A stretch of 60,000 nucleotides of DNA. Origin: Lama guanicoe. Lineage: Eukaryota. Where the stretch lies: assembly GCA_013239625.1 (NCBI GenBank), contig MU053431.1, positions 1,826,485-1,886,484 of the forward strand, read 5' to 3'. How positions within the stretch are numbered: the stretch's first letter is position 1; the number at the start of each line of letters is the position of its first letter. A program made the position numbers and the translations under genes. This document shows, piece after piece, positions 46,051 to 58,000 of this stretch. The notes below the pieces were generated by a model, which was not told the origin of the DNA, did no database searches, and saw only the letters and a program-made list of their open reading frames with translations.

Positions 46051-49000
46051 TCACTTGGTCTCCATAGTGGGGCTGCTCTGCAGGCTCTCCTGTGCGGGAC
46101 ACGTCACCAGGGAGTCTGGTCTGGTCAGCTTTAGCCTTCTACCAGTTTTACCGCAAAACACAGTCTCAAATTCCTAAAGTCAAGAAATGGTCATCAATGT
46201 ACCATGTTCACAGACATGGACACGGCTGGCGTCAGAAACAAGAGGCTGAAGCTAAGAGCCAAGCCACTTCATGAGCCAGAAAGAGAAAGACAGATGCCGT
46301 CCGACATCCCTCATTAAGATGTGGACTCGTAAGAGGAAAAAAGAGGGCGCTAATGGACTCATTTACGGAACAGAAACAGACTCGCATGGTAAACAATCTG
46401 ATGGGGAAAAGGGGGTGGGGAAGGGATAAACTGGGAGTTCGAGATTTGCAAATATTAACCACTGTATATAAAAACATAAAAAACAAAATACCTTCTGTAC
46501 ATCACAGGGAACTATATTCAACATCTTGTAATTACCTTTCATGAAAAAGAGCATGAAAACGAGTACGTGTCTGTGTATGGGACCCTGTGCTGGACACCAG
46601 GAATGGACACATTGTGGCTGACTGCACTTCAGTAAAAAACATAAAACAAGAGCTGAACTACTTCAAAATCTATAGTTAAATTAAGGTGTCACCATTCACA
46701 AACACACATCACATCTGGTAAGGGGATACAGGTGATAAAAATGAGGCTTCAGACATTTCACTCAGAAAGTTACATCTGCATGTATTTTCATTTCCAACAG
46801 CTTCTCAGATGCCCGACCATCCTGTACACCCTTCTTGTATTGAAAGACAGCCATGTATTTTACTTTTACATTTGTAAAGCATGCAGTTCAGTGGCATTAA
46901 GTATGTTCATGCTGCTGTGCAACCGTTACCACCATCCACATCCAGAACATTCCACCACCCCACACAGGCACTGGACCAGTTACACACCATGTCCACCACG
47001 GGCACCTGCAGGCCATGGGTCCAGCTCAGGCTGCTTCATCTCTACAGACTTTTCAAAAGGCCCCTGTTCTACCAGCTGGGTCAGACTGACAGGCTCTGAG
47101 CATGCGGGTCAGGCCCAGCCTCACAAAGGAGAAGGCAGGTGCGGGTGCGGGTGCAGGTGCGGGCAGGCTCCTAGAGCTCGTTGGCATGTTTTGAGAGAGA
47201 GACAAAGCTAAAGATGTCTCGGTTTATTAGACACACGTCTTGTACCGCACTAAAGAGAAAAGCCGTGCTATAGGAAAACGTGTTTTTAGAGTTAGAGAAT
47301 GTGTTCGTAAGTTTGCCAATCAAAATGCCGGCATAAAAAATGGTTCAATTACTTGTTCCTTGGTTTTTGCCAGAGATTAAAGTTTTTAAGGGTAAAAACT
47401 GTACACGTATGTAATTAAGCTACTAACTACTACCCAAGCAATAGAAATAAAAGCAAGAACAAACAAATGGGACCTAATGAAACTTACAAGCTTCTGCACA
47501 GCAAAGGAAACCATAAGTAAAACAAAATGACAACCTACAGAATGGGAGAAAATTTTGCAAACGAAACCAACAAAGGCTTGATCTCCAGAATATACAAGCA
47601 GCTCATACGACTTAATAAGAAAAAAACAAACAACCCAATCCAAAAATGGGCAGAAGACCTAAACAAGCAATTCTCCAAGGAAGACATACAAATGATCAAT
47701 AGGCACATGAAAAACGCTCAATATCACTAATTATCGGAGAAATGCAAATCAAAACTACAATGAGGTATCACCTCACACCAGCCAGAATGGCCATCATTCA
47801 AAGGTCCACAAATGACAAATGCTGGAGAGGCTGTGGAGAAAGGGGAACCCTCCTACACTGCTGGTGGGAATGCAGTTTGGTGCAGCCACTGTGGAAAACC
47901 GTATGGAAATTCCTCAAAAGACTAGGAACAGACTTACCGTATGACCCAGGAATCCCGCTCCTGGGCTTATATCCAGAAGGAACCCTACTTCAGGATGACA
48001 CCTGCGCCCCAATGTTCATAGCAGCACTATTTACAATAGCCAAGACATGGAAATGTCCATCAACAGGTGACTGGATAAAGAAGATGCGGTATATTTATAC
48101 AATGGAATACTACTCAGCCATAAAACCCGACAACATAATGCCATTTGCAGCAACATGGGTGTCCCTGGAGAATGTCATTCTAAGTGAAGTAAGCCAGAAA
48201 GAGAAAGAAAAATACCATATGAGATCGCTCATATGTGGAATCTAAAAAAAAAAAAGAACATAAATACAAAATAGAAACAGACTCATAGACACAGAATACA
48301 AACTTGTGGTTGCCAAGGGGGCGGGGGGTGGGAAGGGACAGACTGGGAGTTCAAAATCTGTAGATATTGACCAGCATATGCAGAATAGATAAGAAAGATT
48401 ACACTGTATAGCACAGGGAAATATACACAAGCTCTTGTGGTAGCTCACAGAGAAAAAAAATGTGACAATGAATATATATATGTTCATGTATAACTGAAAA
48501 ATTGTGCTCTACACTGGAATTTGACACAACATTGTAAAATGACTATAACTCAATTTAAAAAGTTAAAAAAAGCTACTAAGTGTAGCAAAGGAAGCATTTC
48601 AGAGTGTAAACAAGCAGGACCCATGCTGTCTGTGAGAGGAGGCATAAAAAATGGAAATACCTTTGTGAAGGGGAAAAAAAGAATGATTTTGTCCTAGAGC
48701 TGGTTGTTTCTGGACGGGGAAAAAATGGACACAGAAAGTGCTGGAAGGTTTGTGTAAAAGGAACCTTGAGAAAAGAGTCTTGTGTGTGGTTAAGACCAGC
48801 CAAGATTAGATTGAATTTAATTAAGTAAATGAATTCTGCTATTAAAAAAAGGAGGTGTAAGACAGGGCTTGGTTTTCTCTATTAAGAGAACCAAGTTTTC
48901 CTGGAATGTTGAGCTGCTTTTGATAACAAATTGTAAGTTTATTTCTCTAGGTAACTCTGAGTTTTCCAGAGGGCTCCTGAGGCATCTCAGAAAGAAATAT

Positions 49001-52000
49001 TAGACTAATTAAGATTATTTAGCATGTTAATTTACTTGAGAAATATACATGTAAAGTTATTAGAGAGCATAACTGCTCACGACACGTAACAGTGCGCGCA
49101 GGCGAGCGGATCCCAGTTCAGTTTGGTAACAATTCTGGCAGCCTAGATGGGATGGGAGTCCCACCAGGGTTGCCAAAAATTGTTACCAAATGGAACCTGG
49201 GTCTGCCTGCCCCTGCGCGGTAAAGTCAATCTACTGACACCAGGTTGTGGTGAAGGCAAGCGCAGTGTTTATCACAGGTGCCAGTGAGGAGTTTGAGTCT
49301 TCTGAGCAACAGCCACTCGAGGCTCCTTGTTGGCTGCCTGCAACACACACTGCGCTCTTCTGCACCACAACCAGGTGTCAGTGATGGCTCTGCTGCATGC
49401 AGACAAGTGGACCCACATTTGGCTCAGTAACATTCAGCCTTGTCGATACATCGCAAGGAAAATAGGACAGGGGAGCTAATACAGATTAAAAACTATTTAA
49501 AAGCCATCAACCGGGGGAAGGGTATAGCTCCGGGGCAGAGCACGTGCTTAGCATGCATGAGGTCCTGGGTTCGATCCCTAGTACTTTCATTAAATAAATA
49601 AACCTAATTACCTCCCTACCTAAATTTTTTTAATAAAAAAATTAAAGCTATCAATGAAATACACTGTTTGGATACTGATTCACGTAAGTCAACTGTCAAA
49701 AGAGAAACCCAGGCAGGGGTGGAGATGGAGGAGGAGGATGCCAGTGCTGCGGCTGTGCTTTTAAATGGCCCTTTTCTTTTTAGAGATTCATGTGCGAATG
49801 AAATGAGGAGATGATGAGATGTCTGGAAGTGCTTTAAAATAATTCACTGATGGTGGGAGGGTGAGGAGGTAGAGATGAAACAGAGAGACGCCTGAAGCTG
49901 TGAGACACGGGACCCAGGAGGTCATCATTCCAGTCTCTGGTTTTGTGCGCGCATACGTTTCTGTAAGTTGTTTTTATAAGCACAGCAGCCTCACACAATT
50001 AAGTCTAGGTTTACGTGTTTTTTTATGATAAAATACACACAACATAAAATTTGCCACTTTTATCGTTCGTTTGTAAATGTGCAATTCAGTGGCTTAGGTA
50101 CATCCACGATGTTGTGTAATCACCACCACCATCTGTCTCCAGGACATCTTCATCTTCCCAAACTCAGACTCCATCCCCGTTGAAGACTAACTGCATCTGC
50201 CGTGCCAGCCGCTGGACCCACCGTGCTCCTTTCTGACTCTGAGTCTCAGGACTCCGAGGACTTCAGGTAAGCAGAGTCACAGTGCTTGTCCTCTCGTGTC
50301 TGCCTTTCTCGCTCAGCATCCTGCCTGTTTGGTTGTTCGGTATTTATCCACTAACATTGCAAAGTGGGCTTTCTTATTATTCCAGTTAAATTTTTTTTAT
50401 TTTTATACAATTTTAAAGGGTTATTTTCCATTTGCAGTTATTACAAAGTATTGGCCAATTCCCTGTGCTGTGCAGTACATCCTTGAGCCAGTCTTACAGC
50501 CAATAGTTTGTCCTCGCCCGCGCACCCCAACACGGCGCCCTCCGCCACTGCTAACCACTAGTTTATTCTCTGTATCTGAGTCTACTTTTTGTTTCTGTTT
50601 TTTGGGTTTGTTTTGTTTTGTTTTAGCTTACTTGAAAATCTTATTTTGGACGTTTTTTGGAGGGGAGGGAATTAGGTTTATTTGTTTATTTATTTAATGG
50701 CGGTGGTGAGGACCGAACCCAGGTCCTCATGCAGTGAAGCACATGCTCCACACTGAGCTGTACCCACCCCGCGGCTTCTGCTATGTTCGCTAGTTTGTTG
50801 TATCTTTTTGATTCCACATATAAGTGATATCACACAGCATTTGTCTTTCTCAGCCTGACTTACAAACTTTCGTTCTTTTTTATGGCTGAGTAATATTCCA
50901 CTACGTATGTGGTGTATATATATATATATATGCCACCTTTTCCTTATCCAGTCATCGGTTGATGGTCACTTAGGTTGCTTCCATGTCTTGGCCATTGTAA
51001 ATAATGTTGCTATGAACACTGGGGTGCATGTATATTTCTGATTAGTGTTTTTGTTTTTTCAGATATTTACCCAGAAGTGGAACTGCTGGGTCATATGGTA
51101 GTTCCAATTTTATTTTTTTCAAAAAACCTCCATACTGTTTTGCACAGTGGCTGCACCAATTTATATTCCCACCAACAGTGTGGGAGGGTTCCCTTTTCTC
51201 CACATTCTTGCCAACATTTGTTATTTGTGCTCTTTTGATGGTGGCCAGTCTGACAGGTGCGAGGTGCTGCCTCATGGTGGTTCTGATTTGCTCTTCCCTG
51301 ATGCCTAGTGGCCGTGCCTCTCGGCCAGCTGCACTTCCTCTCTGGAAATATGTCTACTCAGTTCTTTTGTCCAGTTTTTAATTGGGTTGTTTTTTTTTTA
51401 AGTTGAGTTGTATGAGCTGTTCATATATTTTAGGTATTAACCCCTCATCAGTCAAAGGAGAACCATCAACAAAACAAAAGACAACAGATGATGCAGCTGA
51501 TGTGACCGACCTGCATCCTGCTTTGAGGTGCATCCACGTCGTGCAGCAGGTGCCGGAACTTCACTCCCTTTGATGGCGAAACACAGTCCGCTGTCTGAGC
51601 GTCAGTGACGCTGAGCATCTTTCCGTGTGCTTATCGGGCATTTGTTTACCTTCTTTGGAGAAATGTCTATTCAGGTCCTTTGCTCATTTCTGAATTGTGT
51701 TGTCTGTCCTTCTGTTGCTGGACTTCTATTCAATTCGAGTCCAGGAAGGGCAGTAAATGCGCCCTGCCGTCTCTGCTCTGACTTCCGAGTCTCCTGGGGA
51801 GGCTGGGGCGCTCCCCCTGCCTGCACTCAAGGCGCCGTCCGCCCGGGGCCGCCTGCCCTCTGCTCGGAAGCGGGGCCTGCGTGTAACATGCACTACTTTC
51901 CTCCCGAACATTAAAGGTTTTCAGTGGGTCTCAAGCAACATAAGATGAACTCTGGTTTGACCACTCCCCATATTCTGACACCCAAAGCCCAAATAGAAAA

Positions 52001-55000
52001 TATCTGGCTACATTTGAGAAGCAGAATTTACCTCTGAGAATAACTAAGTAGAAGCCAGAGAGAAGAAACTCATTTCTCAGATGTAAGAAAGTGCTTTGAG
52101 AGTTTCTAAACCATCTTCGGATGAGAAGGACAGCCCTGGACGCCTGGCTTTACTTGGAACGGCTCTGCCAGAGGTGGGGCAAAGTGGTGGCGTGGGAGGT
52201 GGGAGCAGAGCTCAGGGGTGGAGCGCGTGCCCAGCAAGCACAAGGTCCTGGGTTCAATCCCCAGTACGATGAACAGCAACAAAAAAGCTGTAGCTCAATC
52301 TAGACTCTCACGAGGTCCCTGGAGCTCAATTCACAGGGACTTGGGGTGACCATGGAAGAGGGGGACACGTGGACGCCAGCCCTCAGCTGTGCCAAGGTGA
52401 GGTGGTCTCTGTCACTCTACTCTCCCAACCAGCATCTATTTCAATAAGACCCAAGAAAAATAATCGATTTTTAGGGGATTTTTACAACTCATCAAACACC
52501 TTGAGATGCTGGCTGGCCGTAGTTGGTATTCACCTTAGATTTGTAAATATGAGAATGCCAATAATAAAAATTACATTTCCAGTAGGAAAAAGAAAGACGG
52601 TTCTTTTTTGAAAGAAACTATCAAGAAATTACACGTGTCAAAAAATACACGTTAAGAAATTAATCAGGAAGTTAGGAAGAGGAAGAAGCCTGGTATTGTC
52701 TGGACAGAGAGGAGAGAATTACAGGCAGCGGGTTAACAGAACCGAGAGGGACCACAAACCTCGGGCACGGGTGCAGGCGCAGGCGCGCGCAGCCGACACC
52801 CAGCCAGCGCTGGGGCAGCCCTGAGCAGCTGCGGCAAGGCCCGCGGCAGTGGGAGGTGCCACGTGGGGTCTCGGAACAACGGGTCTGACAGACAAGAGAC
52901 AGAGAGGAAAGGCCTGAATCACAACTCGTGATCTCCGCCTAATGAACAGAATTCGCCAAAGGATGCGCACTCCTTCCACATAAACACAGAACTTGAGAAC
53001 GCTGACCACACCAGAGGTCACAGCAGGCGTCTCAACAAACTCTTAAAAACTACCATCTTCTTTGATCACCCGGGGGCCGGGCTGGGGACAGGCAGGGAGG
53101 GGGAGGCATGGGGGACTGGGGCTCAAGGTCACCACCCTGAACTGTCACCTGGCAACAACTGCATGTAACCAGTGATCCTGGGTTGGGTCTGGACTGGGAA
53201 AACGCTGCAGAGACTATTACTGGGAAAAGAGACAAAATCTGAATGTCAAACTTGAATGAGGTAATAACATGACAGCAGCGTCAAGTGCCCCGATGCTGAC
53301 CGCCGTGTAAGCACGCTGCAAGATAACGTGCTGCTCTCACGATCGCAGGCTGAAGTGCTCGGGCACGAAGCGGCACGGTGCCTGCAGGTTACAGGCAAGC
53401 GGCTCAGACTGCTGAGACGGAGCAAGCGGGGCAAGACGTTCACAACTGGAGGTTTGTGCAGAGCTGGGTGGGGGTACGAGGGGCTCTTGGTACTATCCTT
53501 GGAATCTTTCTGCCAGTTCAAATTATATACGATTTTTAAATTACCATAATTACATACGATGAGTCATCTAAATCCAAGATTCTACAGACACCTGGCCTGA
53601 TCCCTTCAGTCTCACGGCCGGCCGTAAGAAAAGCTGTCGGGCGGGGTGGTGGGACTGTCACAGCGTGTTACTGAAAAACATAACTGAATGCCGTGCGTGA
53701 CCACGGCTGCGTGCTGGTTTGCGGAAAAGCAGACGTTGGAGTCAACTTTGTGGGGAACGTGCATATGGACTGGGTATTAGATGAAGTTCAAGAACCACCG
53801 TCAACCCTGCAAGGCACGGAAGGGGCCGCGGGGCTACGTGGGAGGTGCACACAGGAATACGCAGGAGTGAAGGTTCACGGCGTCTGTCACATCTCTGAAA
53901 CTGCGCAGGAAGTGTGTGCACATGTTCTACACGGTCACTGTCAACGGATGAGACTAGGTGAGGGCTGGACAGGTGCTCACAGACTCTGTGCAGGAGGAAA
54001 ATTACACGAAGGGGGAAGCACCCACTTGCTGACAACGGCCCGCAGTCGCCCAGGCAGGCCTCCCTCCTGAGCTGCTCCACCCGGGCTCCAGGCCAAAGAA
54101 AACCTAGCTTGTCACTCGGCGGGGGGTTCCGCCCGCCCTGTTTCTCCCCACGCCTCCCCACCCCTGTAAACAGCACCATCCACTCAGATGCCGGAGCCAG
54201 AACCCCCAGGGCCCCACTTCCTCTTCCCAGACGTTCCACATCTGGTACCGCTGGCCGGTAGGCCCCTGGCCAGTCTCAGCAGAGGCCACAGCCTCTGACC
54301 AGGGTCCGCGCCTCCACTCCTGCCCCCTCCCCAGCCTCTCCCTCCTGGAGCCGGTCTCCACACAGCAGCGAGAGCGGTCCTCGCCACGCGCCAAGCAAGC
54401 GCCAAGCAGACCCGCATGGCGGGAGGGAGGTGGCCTGTGCACCCTCCGCCCCGGGGTCTGTCTCATCCAAAGTGCCCCCAGCGTCCGGGACAGAAGCCTG
54501 GTCAGAGGCGGAAAGACCTGCGGGATGAAATGTGTACTAAAATATTTTGGGAAAACCATGTAAGACTTGCGTGTATCGTATCTTTAAGAACCAAACTGCT
54601 TAGGCAGGTAAGAGAGGGCCGTGGCTCCGGAAGCAGCAAGCACACAGGGCTGAGGCCGCGCACACCCCAGCACTCCGACGGACCGCTGCTCACGTCACCT
54701 CAGCCCGTTGCCGGGGGGGTGCTAGAACCCGACCCAGAAACAATCTATATAAATTCAATGTAATTCAGAAATATCTAGGAAGTATAGTACATAAATATTA
54801 GTATCCCTAAGTTTTTAATCTGTTTAATCTTTGGGTTTATACGGAGACAGTTAAGTTTTTCAGTTGTTGGAAACACCTTCAACACATTTGAATGAATTAC
54901 ATAAATAGTAATTTACCACTACTAGATACACAAAGCCAAACACTATATCATTTTTTGAATAGTAAAGCTTTATTTTATTAAAATAAACCAAGTCTACCGC

Positions 55001-58000
55001 TAAAAATGAACGTTCAAGAGTAACCACATTATACATCACCGTAAATGATCCAATGAGAACCAGTCTGACACAGGTATTGCTTTAAAACGCAATAAAATGG
55101 ACAATGAAAGCCAGGGACTCAGTGAAACTGTGTCACTCACAAGATGGAAATGCACATGGGCCCAGAAAAGGGACCAGAAGACGGACCCTCAGCCCTCAGC
55201 CCGGGAGGGCCGGGCACAGGTTCCAGACACAGGAGGCTCTTTCTAAAGCGGTTCCAGGCTTACTCTGCCAACGCCAGCTCGGGGCTCTGATCAGACTCGA
55301 GCTGCGGCCAACAGCAGCGACTGCACGACAGCTCGGACGAGGGACAAAATCAGACCCTCTTAACTAAGGCCTCACCACTGCTCATCCTGACCACCCGAAC
55401 CCGGAGGCCGGGACCTGGAGCCGAGGGACCCCCAAGGCCGAGCACAGGAGCCGGTGCTGGGAAGGCCTCTGCTCTCGCCTCTGAGCCCTAGGGAGGGGAC
55501 GACTGGACTCTCACTCACACCGAGCGTCCGGTCCCACCGGGAGCCAGCCTGGCTCCCAGGAACCACGCCCCGGACCAGACAGTGGGGTCAAGCAGGCAGC
55601 TGTGCTAAGGAACCGAGGAGCGCGGGCCCGGCCCCAGTCGCCCAGTCTGCACACGCTCTTCTCTGCCTTCTGAACACGTGTGAAGTCCAGACTATTTCTT
55701 TGACATTCACCTGCCTCTTTTTTTTTTCTATTCATGCTTTAGCCCTTTCACAAAATTTTCTGAGGGCAAGAAACCCACACCCTACAGGTCTCTTCAAGCC
55801 CCAGGACAACCCACTACTTACAGCAGGTGCCTCACCTGTCCCCTGACAGCTTCGGCCTTCACACTCGGCGGTCAGTGAGCAGAGCCAGGCTGCGGCTGGC
55901 GCCCCGGTGAGTCCGAGGCGCAGCACGAGGAGCAGGCCTGGCTCACAGCGGACTCAGCTCTGACGTGAGGTTCCAGGGGACACAGGGCAGTTTGGGGGAT
56001 CTCAGGGGGGAAAGGACAAAAGCAACACTGATAGGCTTTCAGACTCTGAAAATCTACGTGGCCCGAACACTGACCTTTTTCAGAGAATCTCCGTGTCTTT
56101 CCTGAATGTACTTCAGGAATGCCGTGGTCCACTGCAGAGTCGTGGCCTTGTCCGTCTCGGCGTTGCAGAACGGGACCAAAAGGTTCAACTCGTCACAGCA
56201 AATGCGGATTCTGCGCCTACAGTCAAACCCAAGGGTGTCACATGGCGAAGCCGAGGCAGCCCAGAGGAATACAGCGGGCGGCCGAGAGCTCAGACGGGGC
56301 CCTCCCGCCCTGGGACCCCCCTCCCGCCACACAGCGGCCCCCAGGTCAAGTCTCCAGACCGAGGAGGATTCTCAGCTTTGATTCTCCAAGGGGCCCCAGT
56401 TCAGAAAGGACCACAGACCACTCGTGTGTCAGTATCTCAGAACCTGGTCTTTTTAGAGATGATTTAAATCACAGCAGGAGTCTTTTTATTAGGCCCTTTT
56501 TAACGTTTACATACGACACTCGGTGACACGCACAGCCCCACGTGAGCTGACCCTGAACAGCTTATACAACGTGGCCCTTGCTTCTCATCTGCCCGACTGT
56601 ACACCCAGAATTTCAGGGCAACTTTTAAGGTAACAATGACATGGGCGTCGCCTGGACCCTCTGTAACCGTGGGCCCTGGGCCCCACGGGCACCCGCCCGT
56701 TCGTCCTCGTCCCCAGCCTGTGCAGGACGTGATGCCCTACTTCACAGACGAGACACTCAGGAGGAGGCAGAGAATCTGTGGAAGGCGTCAAACTAAGAAG
56801 CGGCAGAGTGAGAATATACACTCTCACCATAACCGCGTACAAGGCTTCTTTTGTCCAGATAGTGGGTATTCAGTAAACATCTCTTAAACAAATGGCGGAG
56901 TAGGAACAGTGGCTGTTCTAGTTCACGGTGAGTTCAGTTAGTGTGTGCAGACGCGTGTCTAGGAAAGGTATGTGGCCGGCCGGCTCTAATACAGCCCTTT
57001 GGAAAGAAAGAAATCGCTGGGGGAGGGCACAGCGCAGCGGCAGAGGGCAGCCCAGCAGGCACGAGCGAGGCCCTGGGTTCAATCCCCAGCCCCGCCATTA
57101 AAAACAACTAAATAGACAGACCTAAATCCGTCCCTCCCTGAGAGAAGAAAGAAGTGCTTTAGTTCAACACTGCAGTTGCAGAGATGAGATCGGTCTCGCT
57201 CAGCGTTACATTTCCTGAGCCTCAAATACAAGCCAGCACAAAGTCCTCGATAAATGATTACGTCAGCCAGCTCTACGTCAGGGGAGCCTCGTGTGGACAC
57301 CCAGCTGCACTAGGAGGGCCAGCCACCTTCGGACTCTGCAAGAACGGCGCAGATAAAACAACTTGTCCTTCGCCAGCGTCCGTAAGAGGACCCAGCACAG
57401 CTGGGCGCCCCGGCCGGCGGGCGGGCCCCTCCTCGGGAGGCTGCCCTGACCTGCACCCGAGAACCTGGGCTTCGGGAGGGTTCCCCTCGCCGGCAGTCAG
57501 GGGCTCCGGCGCCTCAGCCCTTTGTGCACAGAGCGCTGTCAGACACCAGCTTCCCCCCGGGCTCTGGATTTGGCTGTGTGCCAGGGCGGGAACCACCACG
57601 ACCACATCATCAGCCCCGTGAGGTCCCGGGGAGCCGGGTCTCTGAGGGGCCTGGTCCCCTGGACTCCTCCCCACGCACCTCTGCTGACTCTGCTGGGCCA
57701 CAGATCAGAGCCATGAGTCCTCCTAACGGGTCATCAGACCTGGGGGAGGCCTTGGGCCCCCCAGTCACTTAGCAAAACCAAGTGACTGTTGGCTCTCGCC
57801 AGCTGGCCTCCCTCTGAACGTGGAAGCCGGCCTGCGCGGTGGCTCAGGGCCGCGGCCGCCCTACCTTCTGTCTCTCTCCATGCGGTTGTGCCTCTCCCGC
57901 CGCTGCGACCGCCCGCCCTGGGGCCCGCCCGGGGCCTGCTCGCCGAGGTGGGGCTGGGAGGACTCCGCGGCCTGCCAGGCGCCCGGGGCCACCGTGGGGC

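Noticed and set aside
49513..49590. Functional tRNA-Ala gene
   Set aside because: Degenerate A box and acceptor stem, followed by a SINE body, A tail and TSD.
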